A stretch of DNA of 64,000 nucleotides, taken from Octopus vulgaris (taxonomy: Eukaryota). The position numbers and the translations under genes were made by a program. The number at the start of each line of letters is the position of its first letter. The first letter of the stretch is position 1. Shown here one piece after another: positions 63,382-64,000 of the stretch. A model generated the notes under the pieces. That model saw nothing but the letters and a program-made list of their open reading frames with translations, ran no database searches and was not told the origin of the DNA. The stretch is from positions 190,278,001 through 190,342,000 of the forward strand of contig OX597815.1 of the NCBI GenBank assembly GCA_951406725.2. Direction: 5' to 3'.

Positions 63382-64000
63382 TTAATCATTCAGTTAATCA
63401 ATAAATCAATTGTTTGTCAACTGAGGGATTAAACATGCAACCAGTTAGTCAGCTGGCTAGATAATAAACCAGTTGACTAATAATAAAGAAGTGAAATTGA
63501 ACCTGTGTGTGTTTATTACTGGCACAATGACCCTCCTAAGATACCGCAAAATTTGTTTCAACACTCATGTTCACATCAAGAATCTTGCAAACCAAATACA
63601 AGAAGAAAATAGTGCTTCCTTCCTTACAGTTCTTCTTTCTATTGGCTCCTGCTTTCTTTCAACGAAATAACACAATTCACATTGCACGTGTTCTACATGA
63701 CAAACATACAAAAACACTACAGCTACACGAAGAACAACAACAAATGGAAACCCTACAATAAAACAAAACAGATGCAGCATGCAAAACATATCTCTCCACC
63801 CAACAAAGAAAAATTGCTCTGTAAGCACCTCAATGAGGAGAAGGAGGAGGAAGAAAAGAAAGGGAGGAGGAGGAGGAATTCGTTATTAGCCTGAAGGCTT
63901 TTGAGACATGAAGAATTCTAAGAAAAGAAATTTAACAAAAATATTTGACAAATACACATTCATAATTCAACAACAAATTTTTTGTTTTTCCTTTTATTTA

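Overview
This is AT-rich eukaryotic DNA saturated with microsatellites and retroposons. The repeat content suggests a coleoid cephalopod, probably Octopus (inference, not verified). I find no convincing host protein-coding gene: nearly all ORFs in the track are translations of microsatellites or SINEs, so the window looks intronic or intergenic. It holds four tRNA-headed SINE families (working names A, B, D, E) and an RTE-LINE 3'-end family (C) with a variable 63-bp tandem array. It also holds decayed CR1-, RTE- and R4/Dong-like LINE fragments, mariner and DD41D Tc1/mariner remnants, piggyBac-type MITEs and foldback elements. Four signals stand out. (1) Several unrelated short elements in (TA)n tracts carry minimal hammerhead-ribozyme-like motifs with covarying stems and unusual cores (CUGUAGA, U3-A8), consistent with Penelope-like pLTR remnants. 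(2) SINE heads swap 3' tails, and candidate donor LINE ends are visible in the same window. (3) SINE B forms single-headed 184-bp multimers joined at GGTATTT. (4) Several local templated duplications occur, including an inverted ~510-bp copy made from 15 kb away. All coordinates were read by eye and may be off by a few bases.
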